DNA from: a bacterium | GTDB lineage: Bacteria > Patescibacteriota > Microgenomatia > UBA1400 > UBA12108 | Assembly: GCA_043809365.1 (NCBI GenBank) | Contig: JAZDDW010000009.1 | Coordinates: 1 to 48,272 of the forward strand | DNA length: 48,272 nucleotides | Direction: 5' to 3' | Shown here: in pieces, positions 1-7,216 of the stretch | Layout: every line of letters begins with the position of its first letter | How positions within the stretch are numbered: position 1 is the first letter of the stretch | The notes under the pieces: model-generated | Database searches by the model: none | Told to the model about the DNA's origin: nothing | What the model saw: the letters and a program-made list of their open reading frames with translations, nothing else | Position numbers and translations under genes: made by a program

Positions 1-789
1 GGGCTAGAAGGGGAGTACGACGAACATCTCGGCAAAACTAGCTCGTCCGAGCATCTAGCCTGGGGAATATCCAGTTTAATCGGGGGAATTATTGCCAACT
101 TTTCACTCATTTATGTAATGTGGTTATCCGTCATCCCCCAACTAGTCATGTTATTTGTAAGCTATTTATTCATCGAACCAAAAACTCACTCCAAACTCGA
201 TACCAACATTTATTCTCATATCAAAGAAGCTGTACACCTATTCATCCATAACAAGAAACTTCGCTTACTTTCTATCTCTGATGCAATCTCATTTTCTACG
301 GGAGAAGTATCCTACCAGTTTCGTGCCACCTTTTTTGCTAGCATCTGGCCGGTCTGGGCAATCGGTGCTTTAAATACTGCCGCCCAATTTGGTGCCTCTA
401 TCAGTTATTACTTTTCCGATAAATTACTCAAACTATTTGGCCACGAGAAGCTATTGCTTATCAGGAGTATTATTGGGAAAGTCAGTGGTTTAATTGCATT
501 TGGTATACCCAGTATTTTTTCTCCCATTATTACCGTTCTCCCATCGTTCCTCTACGGTGCAGGAATAGTTGCCAAGAACTCATTGATGCAGAGAGAATTT
601 ACTTCTCACCAACGAGCCACTATGAGCTCTCTCAATTCCTTCCTTAGTAGTATTAGTTTCGCGACAATGAGCGTGCTGGTGGGGCTTTTCGCTGATCAAA
701 CATCACCGCAAACGGCACTGTTAGTTTTGACGATCATTGCAATCCCCATTATTGGGATATACTGGAAGATATTCAACAATAAAGATTAA
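1..789 (+). CDS. MFS-type membrane transporter, C-terminal part (5' end lies outside the window)
   Basis: The frame of the 118..789 ORF stays open back to base 1 (GLEGEYDEHLGKTSSSEHLAWGISSLIGG...). It has multiple hydrophobic helices and a charged central loop (EPKTHSKLD), typical of MFS permeases. Confidence 0.55.
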   Translation, partial: GLEGEYDEHLGKTSSSEHLAWGISSLIGGIIANFSLIYVMWLSVIPQLVMLFVSYLFIEPKTHSKLDTNIYSHIKEAVHLFIHNKKLRLLSISDAISFSTGEVSYQFRATFFASIWPVWAIGALNTAAQFGASISYYFSDKLLKLFGHEKLLLIRSIIGKVSGLIAFGIPSIFSPIITVLPSFLYGAGIVAKNSLMQREFTSHQRATMSSLNSFLSSISFATMSVLVGLFADQTSPQTALLVLTIIAIPIIGIYWKIFNNKD

Positions 790-790
790 C

Positions 791-1417
791 ATGACACCCA
801 TCGTCTACGCCACGACCAACCCAGGAAAATTTGCTGAAGTTCAAAAACTTTTTGCCGGACACAAAATCACGATCCATTCCGCGTCCGAATACAATATAGA
901 TATTGACGTGCCAGAAACCGGTGCCACCCTCGAAGAAAATGCCATCATCAAAGCCGAAACATATCGTGACGCCATTGCCGACAACGTCATTATTTTGGGA
1001 GATGACACTGGCTTGGAGATCGATGCACTCGGTGGCGAACCGGGCATCAAGGTGCGCAGGTGGAAAGGCTACAAAATGACCGATGATGAAATTATCACCT
1101 ACACCCTTGAACGCTTAAGGGGGGTGCCAGAAGCTAAGCGTACCGCCCACTTTCGTACCGTGATTGCAATCGCCAAAAGGGGAGTTGCCACAATAACTTT
1201 TTCAGGAATTCTTCCCGGCAAGATTGTCACCAAACCTCATAGTTACCGCGAGGTAGGCTTGCCTTTTCAGTCTCTTTTTTTCTCAACTGACTATAACGAC
1301 ATGCTTTACAAAATCCATAGTCTGCCAACAGCCGAGAAAATCTCCAAACACATCGTGACTCATCGCGAACGCGCCGTCACAAACGCATTACCATACATCT
1401 TAAACTTAAAGGGATGA
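791..1417 (+). CDS. rdgB: Non-canonical purine NTP pyrophosphatase (RdgB/HAM1 family)
   Basis: Motifs TTNPGKFAEV and DDTGLEIDALGGEPG are present. ATG 791 lies 1 nt after the upstream stop; the ORF-track start at 737 overlaps the previous gene. Confidence 0.8.
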   Translation: MTPIVYATTNPGKFAEVQKLFAGHKITIHSASEYNIDIDVPETGATLEENAIIKAETYRDAIADNVIILGDDTGLEIDALGGEPGIKVRRWKGYKMTDDEIITYTLERLRGVPEAKRTAHFRTVIAIAKRGVATITFSGILPGKIVTKPHSYREVGLPFQSLFFSTDYNDMLYKIHSLPTAEKISKHIVTHRERAVTNALPYILNLKG

Positions 1418-1421
1418 TCCT

Positions 1422-2108
1422 TTAAAGTGTTTGAATTGACTTGGAAGGATCATCCCTCAAAGTTTCAAAGGAATCGATCTTGCAACACTTTTCTATACTA
1501 AAGTCGCCAATCCGCGTACGCGTAAGCGATTCTAAATAACTTTCCACTCCCAGCGATTTGAACAGGTCGTAAGACAGTTGTCGTATATATGTCCCACTCG
1601 ACACCGTAGTTTCAAAGGTAACCCTGTTCTCCAGATATGTCGACAATCGTAAATCGTAAATCGTAACTTTTTTTGTTTTCTTTTCCTGTTCAATCCCTCG
1701 CCTTGCCAACTTGTATCGTGGTACTCCCTTCACTTTTGCCGCTGAATACTCTGGTATCTCCTGTTCTATCTCTCCCACCAACTCTTTTGCCGCCACCTCG
1801 ATCTGATTTTGTGACACTGTGACACTGTGACACTGCTCAATTTTCCCCGTCCGGTCTAACGTATCGCTCCTCGCGCCCAGAACAGCCGTTGCCCGATAAG
1901 TTTTCGGGAGTTTCGCCAACTCGTTCATTTTCTTTGTCGCCTTACCCAAGAGCAGTAATAACACCCCCTCCGCGAAAGGGTCCAATGTTCCCCCGTGACC
2001 TATTTTATATTTGTCGGGGACGGTCCTTGTAATATGTAGCTTAAATTCACGAATCACGTCGTAACTCGTCATCCCAACTGGTTTGTAAATTGGTAATATC
2101 CCATCCAT
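1422..2108 (-). CDS. truB: tRNA pseudouridine-55 synthase TruB, short form without a C-terminal PUA domain
   Basis: Motifs KPVGMTSYDV and GHGGTLDPFAEGVLLLLLGKATK (catalytic Asp motif) are present. At 228 aa it ends right after the catalytic core. Confidence 0.9.
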   Translation of the reverse strand: MDGILPIYKPVGMTSYDVIREFKLHITRTVPDKYKIGHGGTLDPFAEGVLLLLLGKATKKMNELAKLPKTYRATAVLGARSDTLDRTGKIEQCHSVTVSQNQIEVAAKELVGEIEQEIPEYSAAKVKGVPRYKLARRGIEQEKKTKKVTIYDLRLSTYLENRVTFETTVSSGTYIRQLSYDLFKSLGVESYLESLTRTRIGDFSIEKCCKIDSFETLRDDPSKSIQTL

Positions 2109-2116
2109 AGGTAGCT

Positions 2117-2122
2117 ATTCTA
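2117..2122 (-). promoter_or_regulatory. -10 box TAGAAT, 8 nt upstream of the truB ATG
   Basis: The minus strand reads tagcgTAGAATagctacctATG. It is back-to-back with the plus-strand box at 2126..2131 in a 29-bp intergenic gap. Confidence 0.45.
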
Positions 2123-2125
2123 CGC

Positions 2126-2131
2126 TATACT
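2126..2131 (+). promoter_or_regulatory. -10 box TATACT, 6 nt upstream of ATG 2138 (leaderless candidate)
   Basis: Sequence is cgcTATACTatttttATG. There is no Shine-Dalgarno sequence. Confidence 0.5.
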
Positions 2132-2137
2132 ATTTTT

Positions 2138-3511
2138 ATGCCCAAGCCATCTGAGCTTCCCGAGCCAATTACGCTTCGCCAAAGCATTGGTCCCTCCTTT
2201 ATCCTCCTCGGGCTTGCCTTGGGTAGTGGTGAACTCATTATGTGGCCATACCTTGTCTCACAATATGGCCTGGGTATCATCTGGGGAGGCTTGGTGGGGA
2301 TTACTTTCCAGTATTTTTTGAATACCGAGATTATGCGCTACACCTTGGCCTGGGGAGAATCGGTCTTTGTCGGTTGGCGCCGGTGGGGAAGGCTAATTCC
2401 AGCTTGGTTCGTGTTCTCCACGGTTATTCCTTGGGCTCTACCTGGTTTTGTCACTGCCTCCTCGGCCATGCTCAATCATGTTTTTCCTATTCTTAATGTT
2501 CGTTATACAGCTATATTTCTGATTCTTTTGACTGGTCTCATCCTCTCTTCTGGTCATACCCTTTATAAAACGATGGAAACCGTCCAGCGCACTCTCCTCT
2601 CTCTCGGAGTTCCTTTTGTGGCCATCCTCACGCTCTACATGGCTAGGGGTACCGATTGGTCCGCTCTCATTCATGGCCTTGTGGGGATAGGCGAGGGGTA
2701 TCGTTGGCTCCCAGAAGGCATTGCCCTTGGAGCCTTTCTTGGAGCTTTTGCCTACTCTGGTGGTGGGGGTAATCTCAATCTCTCTCAAAGTTACTACATC
2801 AAAGAAAAGGGAATGGGCATGGGCAAATATGGGTCCGGGATCAAAACCCTGCTCTCTGGGCTCGACTCGCATCGCCTTGATGGCAGACTATTTTCCCTAA
2901 CTGCCTCCAATCTCTCTCGCTGGCGCCGGTGGTGGCGTCTCGTTATTACCGAACACATCCTCGTTTTTTGGGGAATTGGTCTCTTTACTATCCTGATGTT
3001 GAGTTTGTTATCGATGACGAGTACTTATGGTAGTGGCTTGCCGGCCAGTCAGGCAGGACTATCTTTCTTTTATCAAGAGGCGCGAATGATAGGACTTGCT
3101 ACTCACCACCTGGTCGGATCGCTTTTCGTTATCGTTGGTGCCCTGATGTTGTTTACTACCCAACTTGGAGTGTTGGAGTCAGCCTCTCGGATCATTGCGG
3201 AAAATATTCTCCTCCTTAAATATCGCCATGACGAAGAGGTGTCTGCTTCTAAAATGTTTTATCTTGTGTTGTGGGTCGAACTGGGTTTTAGTACAATCTT
3301 TCTCTTATTTGGGTTTACCGAGCCTCGTGCTATTCTCACACTTGGCGCTATTCTCAATGCTATGGCAATGATGGTAGCTTTCGTCCTAATCCTGTTGTTA
3401 AATCGACGCCTCCCATCTTCTATCCGACCCGGAGTTGCTCGGCAACTGGTCCTTCTGGTCGCTGCATGTTTTTTCGCGTATTTCTTAACAAAAATTATTG
3501 GAGGTCTATGA
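2138..3511 (+). CDS. Polytopic membrane transporter, Nramp/APC-superfamily-like
   Basis: 457 aa with about 11 hydrophobic helices. The N-terminal segment GLALGSGELIMWPYLVSQYG resembles the TM1 region of Nramp-related carriers. The canonical DPGN/MPH motifs were not seen, so the family call is tentative. Confidence 0.45.
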   Translation: MPKPSELPEPITLRQSIGPSFILLGLALGSGELIMWPYLVSQYGLGIIWGGLVGITFQYFLNTEIMRYTLAWGESVFVGWRRWGRLIPAWFVFSTVIPWALPGFVTASSAMLNHVFPILNVRYTAIFLILLTGLILSSGHTLYKTMETVQRTLLSLGVPFVAILTLYMARGTDWSALIHGLVGIGEGYRWLPEGIALGAFLGAFAYSGGGGNLNLSQSYYIKEKGMGMGKYGSGIKTLLSGLDSHRLDGRLFSLTASNLSRWRRWWRLVITEHILVFWGIGLFTILMLSLLSMTSTYGSGLPASQAGLSFFYQEARMIGLATHHLVGSLFVIVGALMLFTTQLGVLESASRIIAENILLLKYRHDEEVSASKMFYLVLWVELGFSTIFLLFGFTEPRAILTLGAILNAMAMMVAFVLILLLNRRLPSSIRPGVARQLVLLVAACFFAYFLTKIIGGL

Positions 3512-4323
3512 CTACCCTAGTGGTTAAATCGGACGGGACTAAAGAACCCTACAGCGAAGATAAGATCCGTGCTTCTGCCACTAGAGTAGGGGTCCCAGGT
3601 GATCTCCAACTCACCATGTTAGAACATATTCGTAGCAGGTTATTTGATGGTATTTCCACCCACGAAATATTTTCGATGATTAAAGAATTTCTCCATGAGT
3701 CGTCAATTCCCTACTTGGCCATGAAATACAACCTCAAGGATGCTCTTTCGGAACTAGGCCCTTCTGGGTATCCTTTTGAAAAATATGTCGCCCTCCTCCT
3801 TTCGGATATTGGGTATGTTACCCAAACCAATATCACGCTCAATGGCGCTTGTATTTCCCACGAGATTGATGTGCTCGCGCAAAAGGACGAGATAACATAT
3901 TTTATCGAAGCTAAGTTCCACAAAAATAAAATCCAGCGCACGGACGTCCGCGTTGCCCTCTATATCAAAGCTCGCTACGATGATCTAACTCAAGCTTGGG
4001 AAAGAGGTGAGACAAGATCTTGGCTGATCACCAATACTCGTTTTTCAAAGGACGCCATCAAGTATGGACAGCACCACAATATTCGCTTGACTAGTTGGGG
4101 CTACCCCAAAGGAGAGGGGATCATGGATTTAATTGAGCGCACCGGTCTCCACCCCGTGACCATCATTGATGGTTTGACCCAAAACGACAAATTATGCCTC
4201 TTCAGCTCCGGGATAGTTACTTGCCAACAACTCTTGGATCCTCAAAACCAATCCTTAATTTCACATGATCTCTTAATTCACGTTTTACCTCAACTTACCC
4301 AAATATGTCAAAAACGCATTTAA
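3508..4323 (+). CDS. ATP-cone domain fused to a PD-(D/E)xK (Mrr-like) nuclease domain
   Basis: The N-terminus LVVKSDGTKEPYSEDKIRASATRVG...THEIFSMIKEFL matches the ATP-cone pattern. The core HEIDVLAQKD...YFIEAKFHK gives a D...ExK motif. GGAGG lies 7 nt upstream of ATG 3508, which overlaps the upstream stop (ATGA). Confidence 0.6.
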   Translation: MTTLVVKSDGTKEPYSEDKIRASATRVGVPGDLQLTMLEHIRSRLFDGISTHEIFSMIKEFLHESSIPYLAMKYNLKDALSELGPSGYPFEKYVALLLSDIGYVTQTNITLNGACISHEIDVLAQKDEITYFIEAKFHKNKIQRTDVRVALYIKARYDDLTQAWERGETRSWLITNTRFSKDAIKYGQHHNIRLTSWGYPKGEGIMDLIERTGLHPVTIIDGLTQNDKLCLFSSGIVTCQQLLDPQNQSLISHDLLIHVLPQLTQICQKRI

Positions 4324-5678
4324 TCCCACGCCTATTAGCTCGTCTGCGTTACTTACCATTTATTCTCGTAGTTGTGGTTAGTGTACCCATTGTGGGAATG
4401 GCCTGGAGTGAGGTCGGGAAACTCATCGGCGTTCGTCCCGTCCCGGTACCGGTGGTTGGGACCGGTTCCATGTACCCCTCGCTATTTTGGGCCAAAACCG
4501 AAGGTGGGCCAGAAGACGAAACGCAACAAGGTATCTCCGAATACCGCACGACTCCTCATCTTTTCCGTCGTTTCCCCGGTTTGACTATCTTTGGTCAAAC
4601 TTATCTCAACAAATCCTTAAGTTATGGAGACCTGGTCGCCTTCAAAAATTCTGCCACCGCCAAAATCTTAGCCGAGGAAAATAAGGATACTAGCTCGGGA
4701 TTTATCAAACGCATCATTGGAGTTCCCAGTGACACTCTCGAACTACGTGACGGATTCGTCTACAAAAACGGGGTCATACTCGATGAGCCTTATCTACTCT
4801 CGCCTCGCTCAACATATGGCGGAACTAGCCTTGTAGATTGTGTCAAGCTCACCATTCCCGAAGGTAACTACTTTGTCATGGGAGACAATCGCAAGCTTTC
4901 CTCCGACTCGCGTTTTGAACTAGGATTGGTTGAAGAAGCCGATATTACCTACTTCTTACCCCTACAGGACCAATCTCTCTATCACACACTTTGGCGCGAT
5001 ACTTCAGGAGATGCTCGCCTGTTAGGTCAACCCACGCTAGAGACCAATCAATTTTTGCAGTTACTCAATCAAGTTAGGAACAGTCGCGGACTCTCCCCCT
5101 TAAACCTCAAACCCAAATTAATTCAATCCTCCGCGCTCCGTGCCAATGATCCCAATCTTCCCCTGCAGCAAGCCATGCAACAGGCGGATTATTCCAATAT
5201 TGTGCTTGGGGAGTTTATCGCCCATGGCGCCTATAATGCCACCGAACTTCTCGAGAATTTACTTTATCAAGCTAATACTGCCAAACAAGTACTCAATCCA
5301 GACTATACTGATATCGGCCTTGTTGCTATCCAGCTCAATAGCGCAGACTGTCCTCATCAAGTCATTGTGGGGCACTTGGGTGGTTATCTCCCTGCTAGTT
5401 ATGATAGTCCAACCATTGCCAGTTGGCAAAGGCTTAGAGACAATCTCCGTGAAGTATTACCCTCTTGGGAGGCTGCTACCACTTATTCTACAGTCAATCA
5501 GGAAAAGCTATCACAGTTACTTACGGTCTTGCGTCGTCGCCTATCTTTAGCCAACGAAATTATCGCAACCATGGAGCGCCGGGAATGGCTTACCGCCGAT
5601 CAGGACGTACGCATCAAAGCTGACAATGACGATGCACTCAATGTCGAAAATCTTACCCAAGAATTAAACCAAGAATAA
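4305..5678 (+). CDS. lepB: Signal peptidase I fused to a C-terminal CAP/SCP (YkwD-like) domain
   Basis: An N-terminal TM helix is followed by GTGSMYPSL (catalytic Ser), IKRIIGVPSD (Lys box) and GDNRKLSSDSR. The C-terminal half (LNQVRNSRGLSPLNLKPKLIQSSALRA ... QVLNPDYTDIGLV) resembles CAP/SCP domains. Confidence 0.7.
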   Translation: MSKTHLIPRLLARLRYLPFILVVVVSVPIVGMAWSEVGKLIGVRPVPVPVVGTGSMYPSLFWAKTEGGPEDETQQGISEYRTTPHLFRRFPGLTIFGQTYLNKSLSYGDLVAFKNSATAKILAEENKDTSSGFIKRIIGVPSDTLELRDGFVYKNGVILDEPYLLSPRSTYGGTSLVDCVKLTIPEGNYFVMGDNRKLSSDSRFELGLVEEADITYFLPLQDQSLYHTLWRDTSGDARLLGQPTLETNQFLQLLNQVRNSRGLSPLNLKPKLIQSSALRANDPNLPLQQAMQQADYSNIVLGEFIAHGAYNATELLENLLYQANTAKQVLNPDYTDIGLVAIQLNSADCPHQVIVGHLGGYLPASYDSPTIASWQRLRDNLREVLPSWEAATTYSTVNQEKLSQLLTVLRRRLSLANEIIATMERREWLTADQDVRIKADNDDALNVENLTQELNQE

Positions 5679-5690
5679 AATCCCAAACTA

Positions 5691-5699
5691 TGATATAAT
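5691..5699 (+). promoter_or_regulatory. Extended -10 TGaTATAAT, 7 nt upstream of the sod ATG (leaderless candidate)
   Basis: Sequence is ctaTGaTATAATccagatcATG, with no SD. It sits 13 nt after the lepB-like stop. Confidence 0.6.
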
Positions 5700-5706
5700 C
5701 CAGATC

Positions 5707-6300
5707 ATGTTACACAAACGCATCGAGTTACCCAACTTGCCTTATGGTTACGATGCACTCGAGCCAGTTATTTCCCAAAAAATCATGGAACTGCATCATA
5801 CTCGTCATCACTTGGCTTACGTAACCGGAGCCAATGCCGCCATGGACCGCCTGGAAAAAGCCCGTGCTGGTGAGGGGATGGAGATTGACTATAAGGCAAC
5901 CATGCGCGACCTTTCTTTTTATCTCTCCGGCCACAAGCTTCACAGTCTCTTCTGGCAAAATATGCGTAAATCCAAAAAAGACAATACCCCCTCGGGGGTA
6001 CTCTTAGAAAAAATCAACGAACAATTCGGTAGTTTTGAATCTTTCCAGGTAGAATTTGCTGGAGCCGGCAAAAGTGTCGAGGGTTCTGGCTGGGCCGCCC
6101 TTATCCAAGATGAAAGTGATCTTCATGTGCTTCAAATCCAAAACCACAACCTCTTCACCATTTTGGAGTCTAAACCCCTGCTTGTATTGGATGTCTGGGA
6201 ACATGCTTACTACCTTGACTACCAAAATGATCGGGGTAAATTTGTTGACGCTTTCTGGTCCATCATCAACTGGGATCACGTCGCTTCTCGTTTAGTCTAA
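5707..6300 (+). CDS. sodA: Fe/Mn-family superoxide dismutase
   Basis: Motifs LPNLPYGYDALEP, HHTRHH and DVWEHAYYLDYQN are present. Metal specificity is not decidable by eye. Confidence 0.93.
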   Translation: MLHKRIELPNLPYGYDALEPVISQKIMELHHTRHHLAYVTGANAAMDRLEKARAGEGMEIDYKATMRDLSFYLSGHKLHSLFWQNMRKSKKDNTPSGVLLEKINEQFGSFESFQVEFAGAGKSVEGSGWAALIQDESDLHVLQIQNHNLFTILESKPLLVLDVWEHAYYLDYQNDRGKFVDAFWSIINWDHVASRLV

Positions 6301-6310
6301 TCGTTTTCAA

Positions 6311-7216
6311 TTAAATCAACAATAATCCCAGTGTGCCGAGGATTAAGAACAAGAGTCCAATCCCCAGAGTTCCTGTGGTGACTTCAAAAACTCCCGCTTC
6401 CGGTAGAGCTGTGGGAGCTTCGGGTGTCGGTACCACGATCTTGCCCGTGGCATCCACTTTTACGCTACAACTATCACGTTGACCATTAGTCGACGACACT
6501 TCGGCAGTGTTTGCTATTGAAGTGGTACCAGCTACCGCAATTTTGGCTCTAAACGATCTCTGTGCCTCGCTCCCCCCAGCTACTGCCCCAATTATACAGG
6601 TGACTACTCTACTGGCCGAGTCATATGTGCATCCACTATCTCCGTCCATATAAGTCAAATTACTCGACAATTTATCGGTAATTGTCGTATCCGAAAGTAC
6701 CTGACTCCCCGTATTGCGCGTCACGACGTTGTAAACAACGACCTGACCATCTTGTAGAAGGTTCGTATCTAGGATCTCGTTTTCAAAGTAGTAAAATCCT
6801 GCTCGATTCCGCGTATCGTCTTCAAAAATCCGCTTTACTACACAATCCAGTTGAGCACCTCTCACTATCGAAGCAGAAGGAGAAGGAGATGGCGAAGGAG
6901 ATACCGAACCAGACGGAGAGGGTGAGAGTGAGGGTGAAGGCGACACTGATCCAGAAGGAGAAGGAGATGGCGAAGGAGATACCGAACCAGACGGCGAGGG
7001 TGAGGGTGAGCCACACACCACTACAAAACTCATACCACATGCATTCGTTGGCTCTACTTGCAATATCGGAGCTGTTTGTATCGAGGGAGAAGGAGTCTTT
7101 GTGGGTGGACTGATCGTGGTTGGTTTTCGCACTATGTAAACAATTCCGATACCCACAAGTAATACCGCAAATACTCCCAAACCAACCAATAGAGTCTTTT
7201 TAAGCTTGCCGATCAT
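6311..7216 (-). CDS. Cell-surface protein: N-terminal TM/signal, Ser-Pro repeat linker, DUF11-like beta domain, C-terminal LPEAG + hydrophobic tail
   Basis: ATG 7216 overlaps the upstream stop (ATGA) and AAGGAG lies 8 nt upstream. The ORF-track start at 7234 is a TTG. The C-terminus is ALPEAGVFEVTTGTLGIGLLFLILGTLGLLLI. Confidence 0.7.
   Translation of the reverse strand: MIGKLKKTLLVGLGVFAVLLVGIGIVYIVRKPTTISPPTKTPSPSIQTAPILQVEPTNACGMSFVVVCGSPSPSPSGSVSPSPSPSPSGSVSPSPSLSPSPSGSVSPSPSPSPSASIVRGAQLDCVVKRIFEDDTRNRAGFYYFENEILDTNLLQDGQVVVYNVVTRNTGSQVLSDTTITDKLSSNLTYMDGDSGCTYDSASRVVTCIIGAVAGGSEAQRSFRAKIAVAGTTSIANTAEVSSTNGQRDSCSVKVDATGKIVVPTPEAPTALPEAGVFEVTTGTLGIGLLFLILGTLGLLLI
6874..7010. repeat. Roughly 78-bp tandem direct repeat (about 1.75 copies) encoding GSVSPSPSPSPS-type linker units
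   Basis: The sequence cagaaggagaaggagatggcgaaggagataccgaaccagacgg occurs at 6874 and again at 6952. Confidence 0.8.
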
